This document shows positions 41,943-51,064 of a stretch of DNA of 64,000 nt, piece by piece. Each line of letters begins with the position of its first letter. Positions within the stretch are counted from its first letter, which is position 1. The translations under genes and the position numbers were made by a program. The notes beneath the pieces are model-generated. The model did not search any database and had not been told where the DNA came from. It saw nothing but the letters and a program-made list of their open reading frames with translations. This DNA is from a virus. The stretch lies in the IMG/VR virus record IMGVR_UViG_3300042453_001086, positions 1-64,000 of that record; one strand, written 5' to 3'.

Positions 41943-42883
41943 TTGAACTTACACTCCACCATGATTTCGGTTAGACAAGCAAGAAGATTAATCTCTTGGT
42001 CTGCCACAAAGGCAATCTGATATTGATACTTAGCAAGCACCAACACAGCTGGAGGAATAGAAGAACCTTCCAGCACTTCATTCAACGCATTGTAGATTTT
42101 ACGAATGATAGTGTTAGGGTCACTATCCATATTATCCACAACCCACTGACGAACAACCTTGTATTCCTTAGACTTCATTGCTCGCATGAGTTGGTCTAGG
42201 TTAACGTCAGCGATGTCACAGAGCACAGCAGAGTCCAGTGACCCGCTAGCAGAGTGGCGCTGCGCTTCGTTCAGCAGGCGTCGCCAGTCGGGGTAGTAAC
42301 GCTGAATCAGTTTGACCAGCACCTTGTCCTCATACGCCACGCCAGAGGCGTCTAGGATGCCCTGTAAGCGCCCGAAGAACGCCGCCTGCAACTTCTTCTG
42401 CTCCTCTGGTTTGATGCGGAAATCAACGACCGTGCAGCGGGAGTGCAAAGGGTCAACGATTTTGTTAATGAAGTTGCAGGTAAAAATGAAACGACAGTTG
42501 CTATGGAACTCTTCAACAAAGGCGCGAAGAGATAGCTGAACGTCATGAGTGGTATTATCTGCTTCGTCAATGATGACGACTTTATGCTTACCACCACCAG
42601 TTAAACTGACAGAACTGGCGAACTGTTTGACACGAGTTCGGATAGTATCAAGGAAGCGACCTTCATCCGAACCGTTGATAACAATGTATGAAGCACCAAT
42701 CTCTTCACACAGGGCTTTGGCAACTGTAGTCTTACCAACGCCAGGAGGACCAGACAGAAGAAGATTAGCAATCTCCCCCTGCTCTACAAATCCAGTGAAT
42801 ACTTTCTTTAACGAATCAGGGAGGATACAGTCTTCAATCTTACGAGGACGATACTCCTCCACCCACAAAAAGTTTTTCATCAA
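41939..42883 (-). CDS. gp44: Clamp loader large subunit
   Basis: LWVEEYRP; GPPGVGKTT; IIDEAD; SRC. Confidence 0.97.
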   Translation of the reverse strand: MMKNFLWVEEYRPRKIEDCILPDSLKKVFTGFVEQGEIANLLLSGPPGVGKTTVAKALCEEIGASYIVINGSDEGRFLDTIRTRVKQFASSVSLTGGGKHKVVIIDEADNTTHDVQLSLRAFVEEFHSNCRFIFTCNFINKIVDPLHSRCTVVDFRIKPEEQKKLQAAFFGRLQGILDASGVAYEDKVLVKLIQRYYPDWRRLLNEAQRHSASGSLDSAVLCDIADVNLDQLMRAMKSKEYKVVRQWVVDNMDSDPNTIIRKIYNALNEVLEGSSIPPAVLVLAKYQYQIAFVADQEINLLACLTEIMVECKFK

Positions 42884-43542
42884 GGTTCAAGCGCAATGTA
42901 ATATGTAACGTCAAGGTTCAGATGCTTCCACTCAGAAATATGATGCTTGGAAACACCAACCTGATAATCACCTTGAAGAAGACGAATGTTCTCAACCTTC
43001 AGGTCAAGCGAATGCGTTCCTTCAAACGTGCCTGGTACAATGATATCATACGTGTTAGACGTTGACACTTCATTGTCGCGGACTGACAGAATAATCTCTT
43101 CATCAGAGCTGATGTTCAGGTCAGGTAGTTTGTAGATACCAGTTGCTTTCTGAATGGCAGCGATGTTAGCAGCAGACAGAGTGAACTGAATATCGGAACC
43201 AGGATACTTTACGGATTTGTCAGGTGCAGTTTTGAGCGTAATCTCAGGGTCTGAAAAATAATACTTGACACGGCTACGTCCATCTTTGATAGTAACATAA
43301 TCAGCATTGTCAAAGACCAGAGAAGGATTGTCAAACAAACTAAGACCAGCGAGAAACTGATTGAGATCATAAATCGCAAAGGTCTGAGGAAAAGACTCTT
43401 CCACATTTGCCGCAGCCAGGATGTTCTCGGCGTTGGAAATGGTCCGTAGCGTGTTTCCCTTTTTGATGATGATGCCATTGTTAATCGTGGCGAAGTTCTT
43501 TAAAATATTCAGAGTAGTTTGGGAAAGTGCGACTGTGCTCAT
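42880..43542 (-). CDS. gp45: Sliding clamp
   Basis: LKNFATIN...FAIYDLNQFL...YYIALEP. Confidence 0.96.
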   Translation of the reverse strand: MSTVALSQTTLNILKNFATINNGIIIKKGNTLRTISNAENILAAANVEESFPQTFAIYDLNQFLAGLSLFDNPSLVFDNADYVTIKDGRSRVKYYFSDPEITLKTAPDKSVKYPGSDIQFTLSAANIAAIQKATGIYKLPDLNISSDEEIILSVRDNEVSTSNTYDIIVPGTFEGTHSLDLKVENIRLLQGDYQVGVSKHHISEWKHLNLDVTYYIALEP

Positions 43543-43826
43543 CGGTTGTAATCTTCACGGGTTGCATTTTTATCATTGAAGTTCATAAGAAGAACTGCAT
43601 AGTGCAGCACCTTCATAATATCCATACGAGCACTACCTTTCTTATCATAACGAGAAGCATACTTGAGAATATTACTACGGCAGAATGCCTCGCCATCTCC
43701 ACATGCTTCAATCAAATCAAGGGTTTGAATACTGTCATCACCAGCAGAGTAATGCTGCCTGTAAGTATTGGCGATGTATTCTCGCAGTTGATTGAGGATT
43801 TCCTCTTCGTTGTATTTCCATTGCAT
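43539..43826 (-). CDS. DUF3310-like conserved protein
   Basis: WKYNEEEIL...HYS...QTLDLI...FCRSNILKYASRYDKKG; start trimmed. Confidence 0.8.
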   Translation of the reverse strand: MQWKYNEEEILNQLREYIANTYRQHYSAGDDSIQTLDLIEACGDGEAFCRSNILKYASRYDKKGSARMDIMKVLHYAVLLMNFNDKNATREDYNR

Positions 43827-43828
43827 AG

Positions 43829-44029
43829 TTAAGCGTCCTCCAAGACACATTCAATATCAGTAATATAGCACGTTGCGGGTTCGTAGTCAACCCCATTGAC
43901 AGAATAAAGATGACCAATGTAACAAGGTGAGTTCTTGCCACCAAGCCATTGATAGATTTTACATTTAATCAAAAAAACACCCCCATCCGTCTTGCGAATG
44001 AGGGTGTGGCGGGAGAGATTATCAAACAT
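43829..44029 (-). CDS. Hypothetical protein, 66 aa
   Basis: Coupled to the cobS-like stop (TGATG). Confidence 0.6.
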   Translation of the reverse strand: MFDNLSRHTLIRKTDGGVFLIKCKIYQWLGGKNSPCYIGHLYSVNGVDYEPATCYITDIECVLEDA

Positions 44030-45132
44030 CAGAAGGGATCAGATTCAACAGTCAGTTCGGGTTGAGTGGTTTCAGTAGGTTGAGCATCAATGGAAGCGTC
44101 AATCTTGGAATAGAGTTCCATGAAGGATTGCTTAGTCTCATCATCAAAACGAGCGATGCAAACCTCAATCGCTTTTTTACGCTTGCCAAAGATACTGAAG
44201 GCGCGGATAACGTGAACCAGACGACGAGTGGAAATGATTTCGTCAACACCACCATCGTAGAAGGTCTTACGAATAATCTCCGCCCATGCAACCAGACGAC
44301 TCACAAACTCTTCATCGTAGCAGTTCAGCGAATCAGCAGCTTTCTTAAGGATAGCAGTTTCAACCTTAGGAGTGGGATATGCCTGCTCAAAGGTCACAGG
44401 AAAACGCTCAAGGAATGCTTCGTTGAGAACGTTAGTGCCAATGAAGCGACCGTCATCGCTACCCTTACCTTTGGTGTTGGCAGTAGCAACAACGTTGAAA
44501 CCAGCAGCGGGTTTGACATACTTGCCGATCTTCTTAAGGAAGACACCCTTACCCTCAAGCACAGATTGCAGGCAGAGGATTTTGTTAGAGGCAAGATCAA
44601 TCTCATCCAGCAGCAGAATAGCACCGCGATTCAGTGCTTGAACCACAGGACCATCGTGCCATACGGTCTCACCGTTGACGAGACGGAAACCACCAATCAG
44701 GTCATCCTCGTCGGTCTCAATGGTGATGTTGACACGAATCAGTTCACGCTTCAGTTGAGCACAAGCTTGCTCAACACTGAAAGTTTTACCGTTACCAGAG
44801 AGACCAGTGATGAAGATAGGATAATACTGGCGAGAAGAAACAATCTTCTTAATATCACTAAAGTTACCAAAGCTGACGAAGGAAGCATCTTTCGCAGGAA
44901 TAAAGTTTTCAGGGTTTTCTGCCACAGGTTCAACAGCGGGTTGATTATAGGTTTGCTCAAGTTGCTCAGCAGCAGTCAGATGCCACAGACCACGCTGCAC
45001 CTTGAACTGGTCCAGTTTCTTAGTGAGCGTTTGGTAACCCATGCCAATCTCATCAGCATAGGCACGAACGTCAGCGGCAGTCACAACAGGACCGAAGCGG
45101 TCAATCATGGGGGCGACTTCAAAGTTTTTCAT
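44029..45132 (-). CDS. cobS: CobS-like MoxR AAA+ ATPase
   Basis: GLSGNGKT; LLLDEID; ATANTKG; LNEAFLERF. Confidence 0.93.
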   Translation of the reverse strand: MKNFEVAPMIDRFGPVVTAADVRAYADEIGMGYQTLTKKLDQFKVQRGLWHLTAAEQLEQTYNQPAVEPVAENPENFIPAKDASFVSFGNFSDIKKIVSSRQYYPIFITGLSGNGKTFSVEQACAQLKRELIRVNITIETDEDDLIGGFRLVNGETVWHDGPVVQALNRGAILLLDEIDLASNKILCLQSVLEGKGVFLKKIGKYVKPAAGFNVVATANTKGKGSDDGRFIGTNVLNEAFLERFPVTFEQAYPTPKVETAILKKAADSLNCYDEEFVSRLVAWAEIIRKTFYDGGVDEIISTRRLVHVIRAFSIFGKRKKAIEVCIARFDDETKQSFMELYSKIDASIDAQPTETTQPELTVESDPF

Positions 45133-45158
45133 GGTGTGGGGTCGTTTCGTATGTAAGT

Positions 45159-45187
45159 ATTATAGGGCAAAAGGGGTGGGGGCACAA
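45159..45187 (-). promoter_or_regulatory. sigma70 early promoter; the -35 sits inside a hairpin
   Basis: TTGTGC-N17-TATAAT; GGGGGC-TTGT-GCCCCC. Confidence 0.75.
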
Positions 45188-45203
45188 GCCCCCATTGATC
45201 AGA

Positions 45204-47348
45204 TCAACTAATGAGTGTGGCGAAGGAGGTCAGCATCTTCTTATTGACACCTTTCTTGGCGAGTGCTTTAGTAAATGCCTTGCCGATTTCTTTCTCGGTA
45301 GCATCATCTTCAACATCAAATTCGCTATTCGCAGATAGCGAATCAGTGCCCATCATGTAAAGTGCTTGATAACCAAGATGCTCAATCAGTTCAGCGGACT
45401 TGTTTTTCTTCCACTGCTTTTGAACTTCATCCCAAGAAGTTTTACAATCTTCAGCATTGTAGGTGGTGTTAAGACCACGACCATTCACCAGACGAATACC
45501 GATAAGGTTTACATCAGGGAAACGATCACGCACATTCTGAAGAAACACTTTGGTGATTTTATCAGAGTTACCATAGTAACCACCATCATCAAAGCGAGGA
45601 TACACACGACCAGTTTTACGATCACGCAGAACACAATCATTGGTTACATGATTCGTGCCCATACGGCTACCATACTTCTGGTCAGTGTAGTAGTTGATGC
45701 TGGCAGATTCACCGTCAGTCAGAATAATAACGTTGGTCTTTTGAACCTTGTTACGCTTCTGAAAGGCAGGGATAAGTGCTGTCAGAGAGATTGCTGCCTC
45801 ATGCAGAGGAGTGCCAGACAAACTATAACCAGCAGGAATAGAGTAACCAGAGTAGCTACCATTGCCAACAACAAGACGCCAGAAGTTTTTAAGTTGTGCT
45901 TCAAGGTCTTTGCCGTTGCGACCGTTGCTGCTGACAAGATTCAGCATGTTGAAGTGGTCACACAGTTTGACTTGACCCGCCTTAGGAGTTTGAATGCGAG
46001 GAGATTTGTTGCGAGTTTGAGTGTGATAATCGTAGCTTCGGTGATACCAGTAGTCATTGGTAAAAGCATAGATGTCAAAAGGAATCTGCACTTTCTTACA
46101 GAACCATGCAAGATTCAAAAGTTGCTTAGCAGTATCCTGCAGAATACCACCCATAGAACCAGACCAGTCAAGAATAAAAATCAGACCGTGATTCTTACCG
46201 TCAGGCACCACATTGATTTTCTTGAATACATCTTCATTCCACTTGTAGGTATGAAGCAGTGCAGTATCAAGGATACCAGTCTTGGCAGTAGATGCACGGG
46301 CATACTGGTCTGCAGACTTACGCATCTCAAACTCTTTCACAAGGTAGTTAACCTCGCGCTGAGCCTCGCTACGAAAAGTCAGATACTGTTTGTCAACTTC
46401 AGCAAACACACGGGAGGTCTGCTCATTGAAGCAAGTATTGCAGTCTTCTTGCACTTGCTTGTTAGAGACAACAATGTTATCTACTTTGAGGTCAGGCAGC
46501 TCAATGTAGTTGAGGTGATGAGAGCGAGGATGCTGACTAATCAGTTGTTTCTGATTCTCAGTGAATGCCTTGTCAGTTTCAGACTCAAGCGTGTTAGTTT
46601 GACCACCACCATTGGTAGCACCTTCACCTTGCTCATTGGGTTGATCAGAATCAGCACCTTTGGTTTGATTACCGTCACCAGAAGTTTGCTGAGGTTGCTC
46701 ACCCTCACCATCGGTAGAATCACCCTCGCCCTGAGTGGAATCACCACCACCTTGGGTAGATTGCTGGAGGTCGCCTTGCGCCTCAACAACCTGCTGTTGT
46801 TCCTGTTGCTCAGTATAAGCAAGAATCTTGCGAGCAACATCTACAACTTGCTCAAAGGTTTCGGCATTGGCAAGTTCATCTACGATAGCTTTCTCTTCAG
46901 CATTCCAAGAGAACACTTCACCAGCATGAATGCCGATTTTAAAATAGAGATTCACACGGTCAATCAGAGCATAACTATCCAGCTCACGGTCGCCAATGCA
47001 GAAGAAATCATCATCTTGCAGTTCTTTATAACCAGCGTAGAAGTTACGGGCGAGGCCAGGAAACTTACGCTTCATCAGTTTCTCAATACGAGCATCCTCA
47101 CACACGTTCAGGTAGGACTGAGGAATGCCATAGTCATCACCCCAACGGTCAGGGGTGTAGAGAGCGTGACCGACTTCATGCCCCACCAGCATATCGTAGA
47201 CGTTGGCGGATGCCCGCTCCCACATCGGCAGGGTGAGGATACGGTCTTTCACGTTGAACATCGCCGTCTCTACAGGGCGGTGCTCTACAATAAGATTCTC
47301 GGTAGCGAGGAGGCGAGCGAGATTGCCCTTGACTTCGGCGTTGAACAT
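45204..47348 (-). CDS. Metallopeptidase-like plus vWA domain protein (CobT-like partner)
   Basis: HEVGH (HExxH) and EDARIE; acidic linker; vWA MIDAS DWSGSM, GTPL and ILTDGE; start trimmed to MFNAEVKG. Confidence 0.88.
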   Translation of the reverse strand: MFNAEVKGNLARLLATENLIVEHRPVETAMFNVKDRILTLPMWERASANVYDMLVGHEVGHALYTPDRWGDDYGIPQSYLNVCEDARIEKLMKRKFPGLARNFYAGYKELQDDDFFCIGDRELDSYALIDRVNLYFKIGIHAGEVFSWNAEEKAIVDELANAETFEQVVDVARKILAYTEQQEQQQVVEAQGDLQQSTQGGGDSTQGEGDSTDGEGEQPQQTSGDGNQTKGADSDQPNEQGEGATNGGGQTNTLESETDKAFTENQKQLISQHPRSHHLNYIELPDLKVDNIVVSNKQVQEDCNTCFNEQTSRVFAEVDKQYLTFRSEAQREVNYLVKEFEMRKSADQYARASTAKTGILDTALLHTYKWNEDVFKKINVVPDGKNHGLIFILDWSGSMGGILQDTAKQLLNLAWFCKKVQIPFDIYAFTNDYWYHRSYDYHTQTRNKSPRIQTPKAGQVKLCDHFNMLNLVSSNGRNGKDLEAQLKNFWRLVVGNGSYSGYSIPAGYSLSGTPLHEAAISLTALIPAFQKRNKVQKTNVIILTDGESASINYYTDQKYGSRMGTNHVTNDCVLRDRKTGRVYPRFDDGGYYGNSDKITKVFLQNVRDRFPDVNLIGIRLVNGRGLNTTYNAEDCKTSWDEVQKQWKKNKSAELIEHLGYQALYMMGTDSLSANSEFDVEDDATEKEIGKAFTKALAKKGVNKKMLTSFATLIS

Positions 47349-47371
47349 CGGTCTCTTTCGTTGATGAATCA

Positions 47372-47400
47372 ACTATACAGCAAAGGGGTCGCCGCAGCAA
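47372..47400 (-). promoter_or_regulatory. sigma70 early promoter; the -35 sits inside a hairpin
   Basis: TTGCTG-N17-TATAGT; AGGGGTTGC-TGCG-GCGACCCCT. Confidence 0.7.
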
Positions 47401-47411
47401 CCCCTGTTAAG

Positions 47412-49136
47412 TTATTCTGATGTCTCGTCTGTGACGTATGAGAAGTTTTTATGCTTCTCAAATCGTAGGCAGCGGTCAAACTTGTCTGCCATATTGTCGC
47501 GGTGGGAGATAACAAATACGTTTGTTTTGTCATCGAATGTTTTGAGAATCCATCCGAGGTCACTGTTACCAGATTGGTCAAGTGACCCGTCAAAGATTTC
47601 ATCAAGGATTAGAAGATTAGTATCCACGCTATTCTTAAGTTTAGCAACACTACGCCAAGTAAGCAGCAGAGCAATATCGATTCTAGCCTTTTCGCCTTCA
47701 GAAAAAGATTCATAACTAAACTCATCCCTATAACGTGATTTGATTACCTCTTCAAAACTTTCGTTGAGCATGAACGATGCTGGAAACTCCATCTTATCAA
47801 GGTAGTCGTTGATAAGTTTGTTCATCGTTGGGAGGTATTTTTTGATGATGCGCGTTTTGATGCCCGAGTCTTTGAGGAGTTGTGCCGCCGTGAGTAGGCA
47901 GTCTTTTTCTTCTTTTGTTTCAGAAATCGTTTCTTGGATTCGCTTCCCGTCCTCGCTGAGCGATTTAAGTATTGAAAACTGCTCCCGTTGACTGACATCT
48001 GAATCCCGCAGTTTTCTGATGTCGTCGTCCAGTTCTTCAATTCGTTTATGAAGTGACTTAATTTCATTATTGAGTTGTCGATTCTTTAGATTGAGTTCGT
48101 TTATTTCATCAATCAAAAGAATAAAGGTATTCTCTTTACTTTGGAGATCAGAAAGTTGTTGTCCCAAATCAGACATAGCTTTCTCCACCTCAGCAAGTTT
48201 ATCCGAGAGAACTTGGATCTTCTCTTGTTTAAAATGCTCCTCAATACTCTGCCCGCATGTCGGGCACGAATCATTCTGCTCAAAGAATATTTTTTCCTTA
48301 TTATATGTTTTTTGTTTGGATGATATTTTGTTGCTGAGCGTATTAACCTTAGTGATCGTTGCTTTAAGCGTCTGCGTGTCTGAAACGGCAGCGGTCTTAG
48401 TGTCGATTTCCTTGTCGTTATTGAGGATTTGTGTCTCATAATCTAGAGCCTCTTGTAGAAGAGTTTCTTTGCGATTCTCTTTTTCTTGAATGTCTTCTTT
48501 ATTCTTCTTTTCAATGTCAAGCATAAACTGCTTCTGCATGTCAATCTTCTCTTTGACAAGTGAGAGTTTATATTCGTGGTCTTTAAGTTCGTCGTTGATT
48601 ACTTTGATTTTTTCTTTCAGATTGACATTCATTGTTGAGAAGATTTGAATGTCAAGAATGTCTTCGATGATTTCTCTGCGAGCTGCCAATGGAAGACGCA
48701 TAAATGGCACAAAGGTGGATGACCCGAGCACCACAATCTGAGTAAACGATTTGTAGTTCATCTTCAGAATCGTTTGCTCAAAATGTTTCTGCTGATCTAC
48801 GGCAGATGAATCTTGGTTGAGTAGCGCACCATTCTGATAGATTTCAAACTTCGCTGGTTTAATACCACGAATCACTTTGTATTTATTATTGCCAATATCA
48901 AAGTTAACTTCTACAACACAATCAGATTGATTGATAGAGTTGAGAAGTTGTGGTTTATTAATCTTACGGAAAGGTTTACCAAATAAAGAAAAAGTCAAGG
49001 CATCTAGAATAGTTGACTTGCCAGCACCATTGGTTCCCACAATCAAACTACTCTTTCTATCGGTCAGAGAAATCTCCGTGAACTGAGCACCAGTAGAAAG
49101 AAAGTTTTTCCATTTAATCGTCTTGAAAATTATCAT
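47412..49136 (-). CDS. gp46: SbcC/Rad50-like recombination ATPase
   Basis: GTNGAGKST; CPTCGQ zinc hook; FSEGEK; LILDE; start trimmed. Confidence 0.96.
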   Translation of the reverse strand: MIIFKTIKWKNFLSTGAQFTEISLTDRKSSLIVGTNGAGKSTILDALTFSLFGKPFRKINKPQLLNSINQSDCVVEVNFDIGNNKYKVIRGIKPAKFEIYQNGALLNQDSSAVDQQKHFEQTILKMNYKSFTQIVVLGSSTFVPFMRLPLAARREIIEDILDIQIFSTMNVNLKEKIKVINDELKDHEYKLSLVKEKIDMQKQFMLDIEKKNKEDIQEKENRKETLLQEALDYETQILNNDKEIDTKTAAVSDTQTLKATITKVNTLSNKISSKQKTYNKEKIFFEQNDSCPTCGQSIEEHFKQEKIQVLSDKLAEVEKAMSDLGQQLSDLQSKENTFILLIDEINELNLKNRQLNNEIKSLHKRIEELDDDIRKLRDSDVSQREQFSILKSLSEDGKRIQETISETKEEKDCLLTAAQLLKDSGIKTRIIKKYLPTMNKLINDYLDKMEFPASFMLNESFEEVIKSRYRDEFSYESFSEGEKARIDIALLLTWRSVAKLKNSVDTNLLILDEIFDGSLDQSGNSDLGWILKTFDDKTNVFVISHRDNMADKFDRCLRFEKHKNFSYVTDETSE

Positions 49137-49401
49137 AAGATCTAGGGGGAACAATAATGTCGTCAGGTTCAACAATGAGGTATTTCATACCTCGCAACTC
49201 ACACATGCCAACACCTGCTTTAGCATCAACTTCATAAGTCATTAGTGGAGGAAGACTGTCATCATCTTGATTCGCCACAAGCAATCCAAGATAACGCTCT
49301 GCATCATCTTCCTCTCGAAAAAAGTATACCACATGATCACCCTCTTCGTCAAGAACTGAGTATACTCCGTCTGGATGTTCAGTAAGAGTGATCAAAAACA
49401 T
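49114..49401 (-). CDS. Conserved hypothetical protein between gp47 and gp46
   Basis: YFFREEDDAERYLGLL...DDIIVPP. Confidence 0.8.
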   Translation of the reverse strand: MFLITLTEHPDGVYSVLDEEGDHVVYFFREEDDAERYLGLLVANQDDDSLPPLMTYEVDAKAGVGMCELRGMKYLIVEPDDIIVPPRSYDNFQDD

Positions 49402-50451
49402 TTATACTACCTCACAACTTTCAATATATAGTGACTTCATTATACTCTTTAACTTTGCTTTGTCTACGGCAATCTCCACCTCATCAATGTATTCATTAAG
49501 AAGTGTGAGTGTATCTTTGATTTCTACATTATCATCATCTTCAACAAAAGCATCATTGACCAGAGTTTCAATGATTTTGACATCGTGAGGAGCAACTGCA
49601 AACACAGAATCTACAAACTTTTCAAACTCAGTATAGTCTTTCTTATCTTCTACGATAATCTTGACAAAAGAATTTGAACACTCACTGGTATCGAAGCTGA
49701 GATGAGAACCAGTAGAATCATTATAATAGATTTTCTGGAAAATCTCATAAGGGTTCTTGACCCGCTTGAGTTTATTTGTCGTTGGTTCATAAAGGTGAAA
49801 TCCTCGCTCGTCTTTATAATCATTCCAGAACATCTGGTAAGGATTACCCAGATAGGTGATGTTACCTCTGGATGATTTGTGGTGGTAGTGTCCCGAGAAT
49901 ACTTGTTTGAACTTTTTGAAAATCTTAGGATCCATACCATGATCTTGTGTATTCCCAGGAGTCACTTCAAAACCAGATAGTTCAAGGTGACCCATAGCAA
50001 TCTCAGCACCAGTATCTTCAATGTGCTTCATGGTTTCCTCATAGTTAGAGGAGTTAATCCAGGGCAGCATCAGAATCTTAGCGCCATCAATCATTACAGT
50101 CTCTGGACGAGAATAGATTTCAATGTTACTAAAGTCCTTGAGCAGAAGTTCTGGGGAATTAATCTCGTTAGTATTCTTGTAGTAGGTACAGTGATTACCA
50201 AGAATCATGTGAACGAAGATACCCATATCTTCAAGGCGTTGAAAATAATAACTACGCACACGGTTCCAAACATTGAAATCAATCCCCTTACGATTATCAA
50301 ACGTATCACCGAGGTCAATAACAGTCTTGATTCCATGTCTCTCCAGTGTTGGGAAAAAGATGTCGTCGTAGAATTTTTTGAAGTATTCCCAGAACGCGAC
50401 ACTACCTTTTCTCCCGTCAAGATGTTGGTCAGTAATAAGAGCTACGGTCAT
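49402..50451 (-). CDS. gp47: Mre11/SbcD-like recombination nuclease
   Basis: ITDQH; DLGDTFD; LGNH; FSGHYH. Confidence 0.96.
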   Translation of the reverse strand: MTVALITDQHLDGRKGSVAFWEYFKKFYDDIFFPTLERHGIKTVIDLGDTFDNRKGIDFNVWNRVRSYYFQRLEDMGIFVHMILGNHCTYYKNTNEINSPELLLKDFSNIEIYSRPETVMIDGAKILMLPWINSSNYEETMKHIEDTGAEIAMGHLELSGFEVTPGNTQDHGMDPKIFKKFKQVFSGHYHHKSSRGNITYLGNPYQMFWNDYKDERGFHLYEPTTNKLKRVKNPYEIFQKIYYNDSTGSHLSFDTSECSNSFVKIIVEDKKDYTEFEKFVDSVFAVAPHDVKIIETLVNDAFVEDDDNVEIKDTLTLLNEYIDEVEIAVDKAKLKSIMKSLYIESCEVV

Positions 50452-50963
50452 CGTTTAGATCTAATCTCAAGGTTTTCTTTGATACTGTTCATGTCAGCAC
50501 TGCTGCTACTATAACCATACATGTCCCCACCGTGACTGTCCATATGCAAAACTTCATCAAAACCAGAACGTTCGAGAATCTTAGCTTTGATTTCTAGTTG
50601 CTTTTTCTCACGCTGAATACGACGAAGAAAAGCATAGTAGATGATTTGAGTAAAGTAAGCAAACGGGTTAGTAGACTTTTCTGGATTAAAGTTGTCAATA
50701 TATTGAAGGCAGTTTTCGATGCCATCACAAATCATATCTTCCCTAAACATGTAGTTGACAAAGTTAGGTTTGTATGATAAATGAGTGGCAATCTTTAGAA
50801 AACACTCTCCAATATAGTTTGGTACTTTTGGTTTTGGTTTTCCCTTTTCTTTGGCGGCAGCAACTTGTTGCCGATAAACCATAAGGGCATCCAAAAATTC
50901 CCTGTTGTTTACATAGTTCTCTTTGGTTGCCCTTCTAGCCATGGGTTTGTTTGCTGCTAACAT
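50448..50963 (-). CDS. gp55: Late-transcription sigma factor
   Basis: YVNNREF...YIGECFLKIA...NPFAYFTQI...RRIQREKKQ. Confidence 0.96.
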   Translation of the reverse strand: MLAANKPMARRATKENYVNNREFLDALMVYRQQVAAAKEKGKPKPKVPNYIGECFLKIATHLSYKPNFVNYMFREDMICDGIENCLQYIDNFNPEKSTNPFAYFTQIIYYAFLRRIQREKKQLEIKAKILERSGFDEVLHMDSHGGDMYGYSSSSADMNSIKENLEIRSKR

Positions 50964-50986
50964 TTGCTTTTATTTACTCTGTGTGT

Positions 50987-51049
50987 ATTGTAACACACCA
51001 AGCAACGTTTGTAAAGGGGCTTGACAAGACCTTATATTCTAGGTATAAT
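50987..51049. promoter_or_regulatory. Back-to-back sigma70 promoters: leftward for gp55, rightward antisense
   Basis: Minus: TTTACA-N17-TACAAT (51015-50987). Plus: TTGACA-N17-TATAAT (51021-51049). Confidence 0.8.
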
Positions 51050-51064
51050 AGCAATGTCGCGCTT

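Noticed and set aside
44062-47420. Very long plus-strand ORFs (364 and 684 aa)
   Set aside because: They are exact in-register antisense shadows of real genes, with no SD, no promoter and non-protein-like composition. Codon avoidance on the sense strand explains them (reported as a finding).
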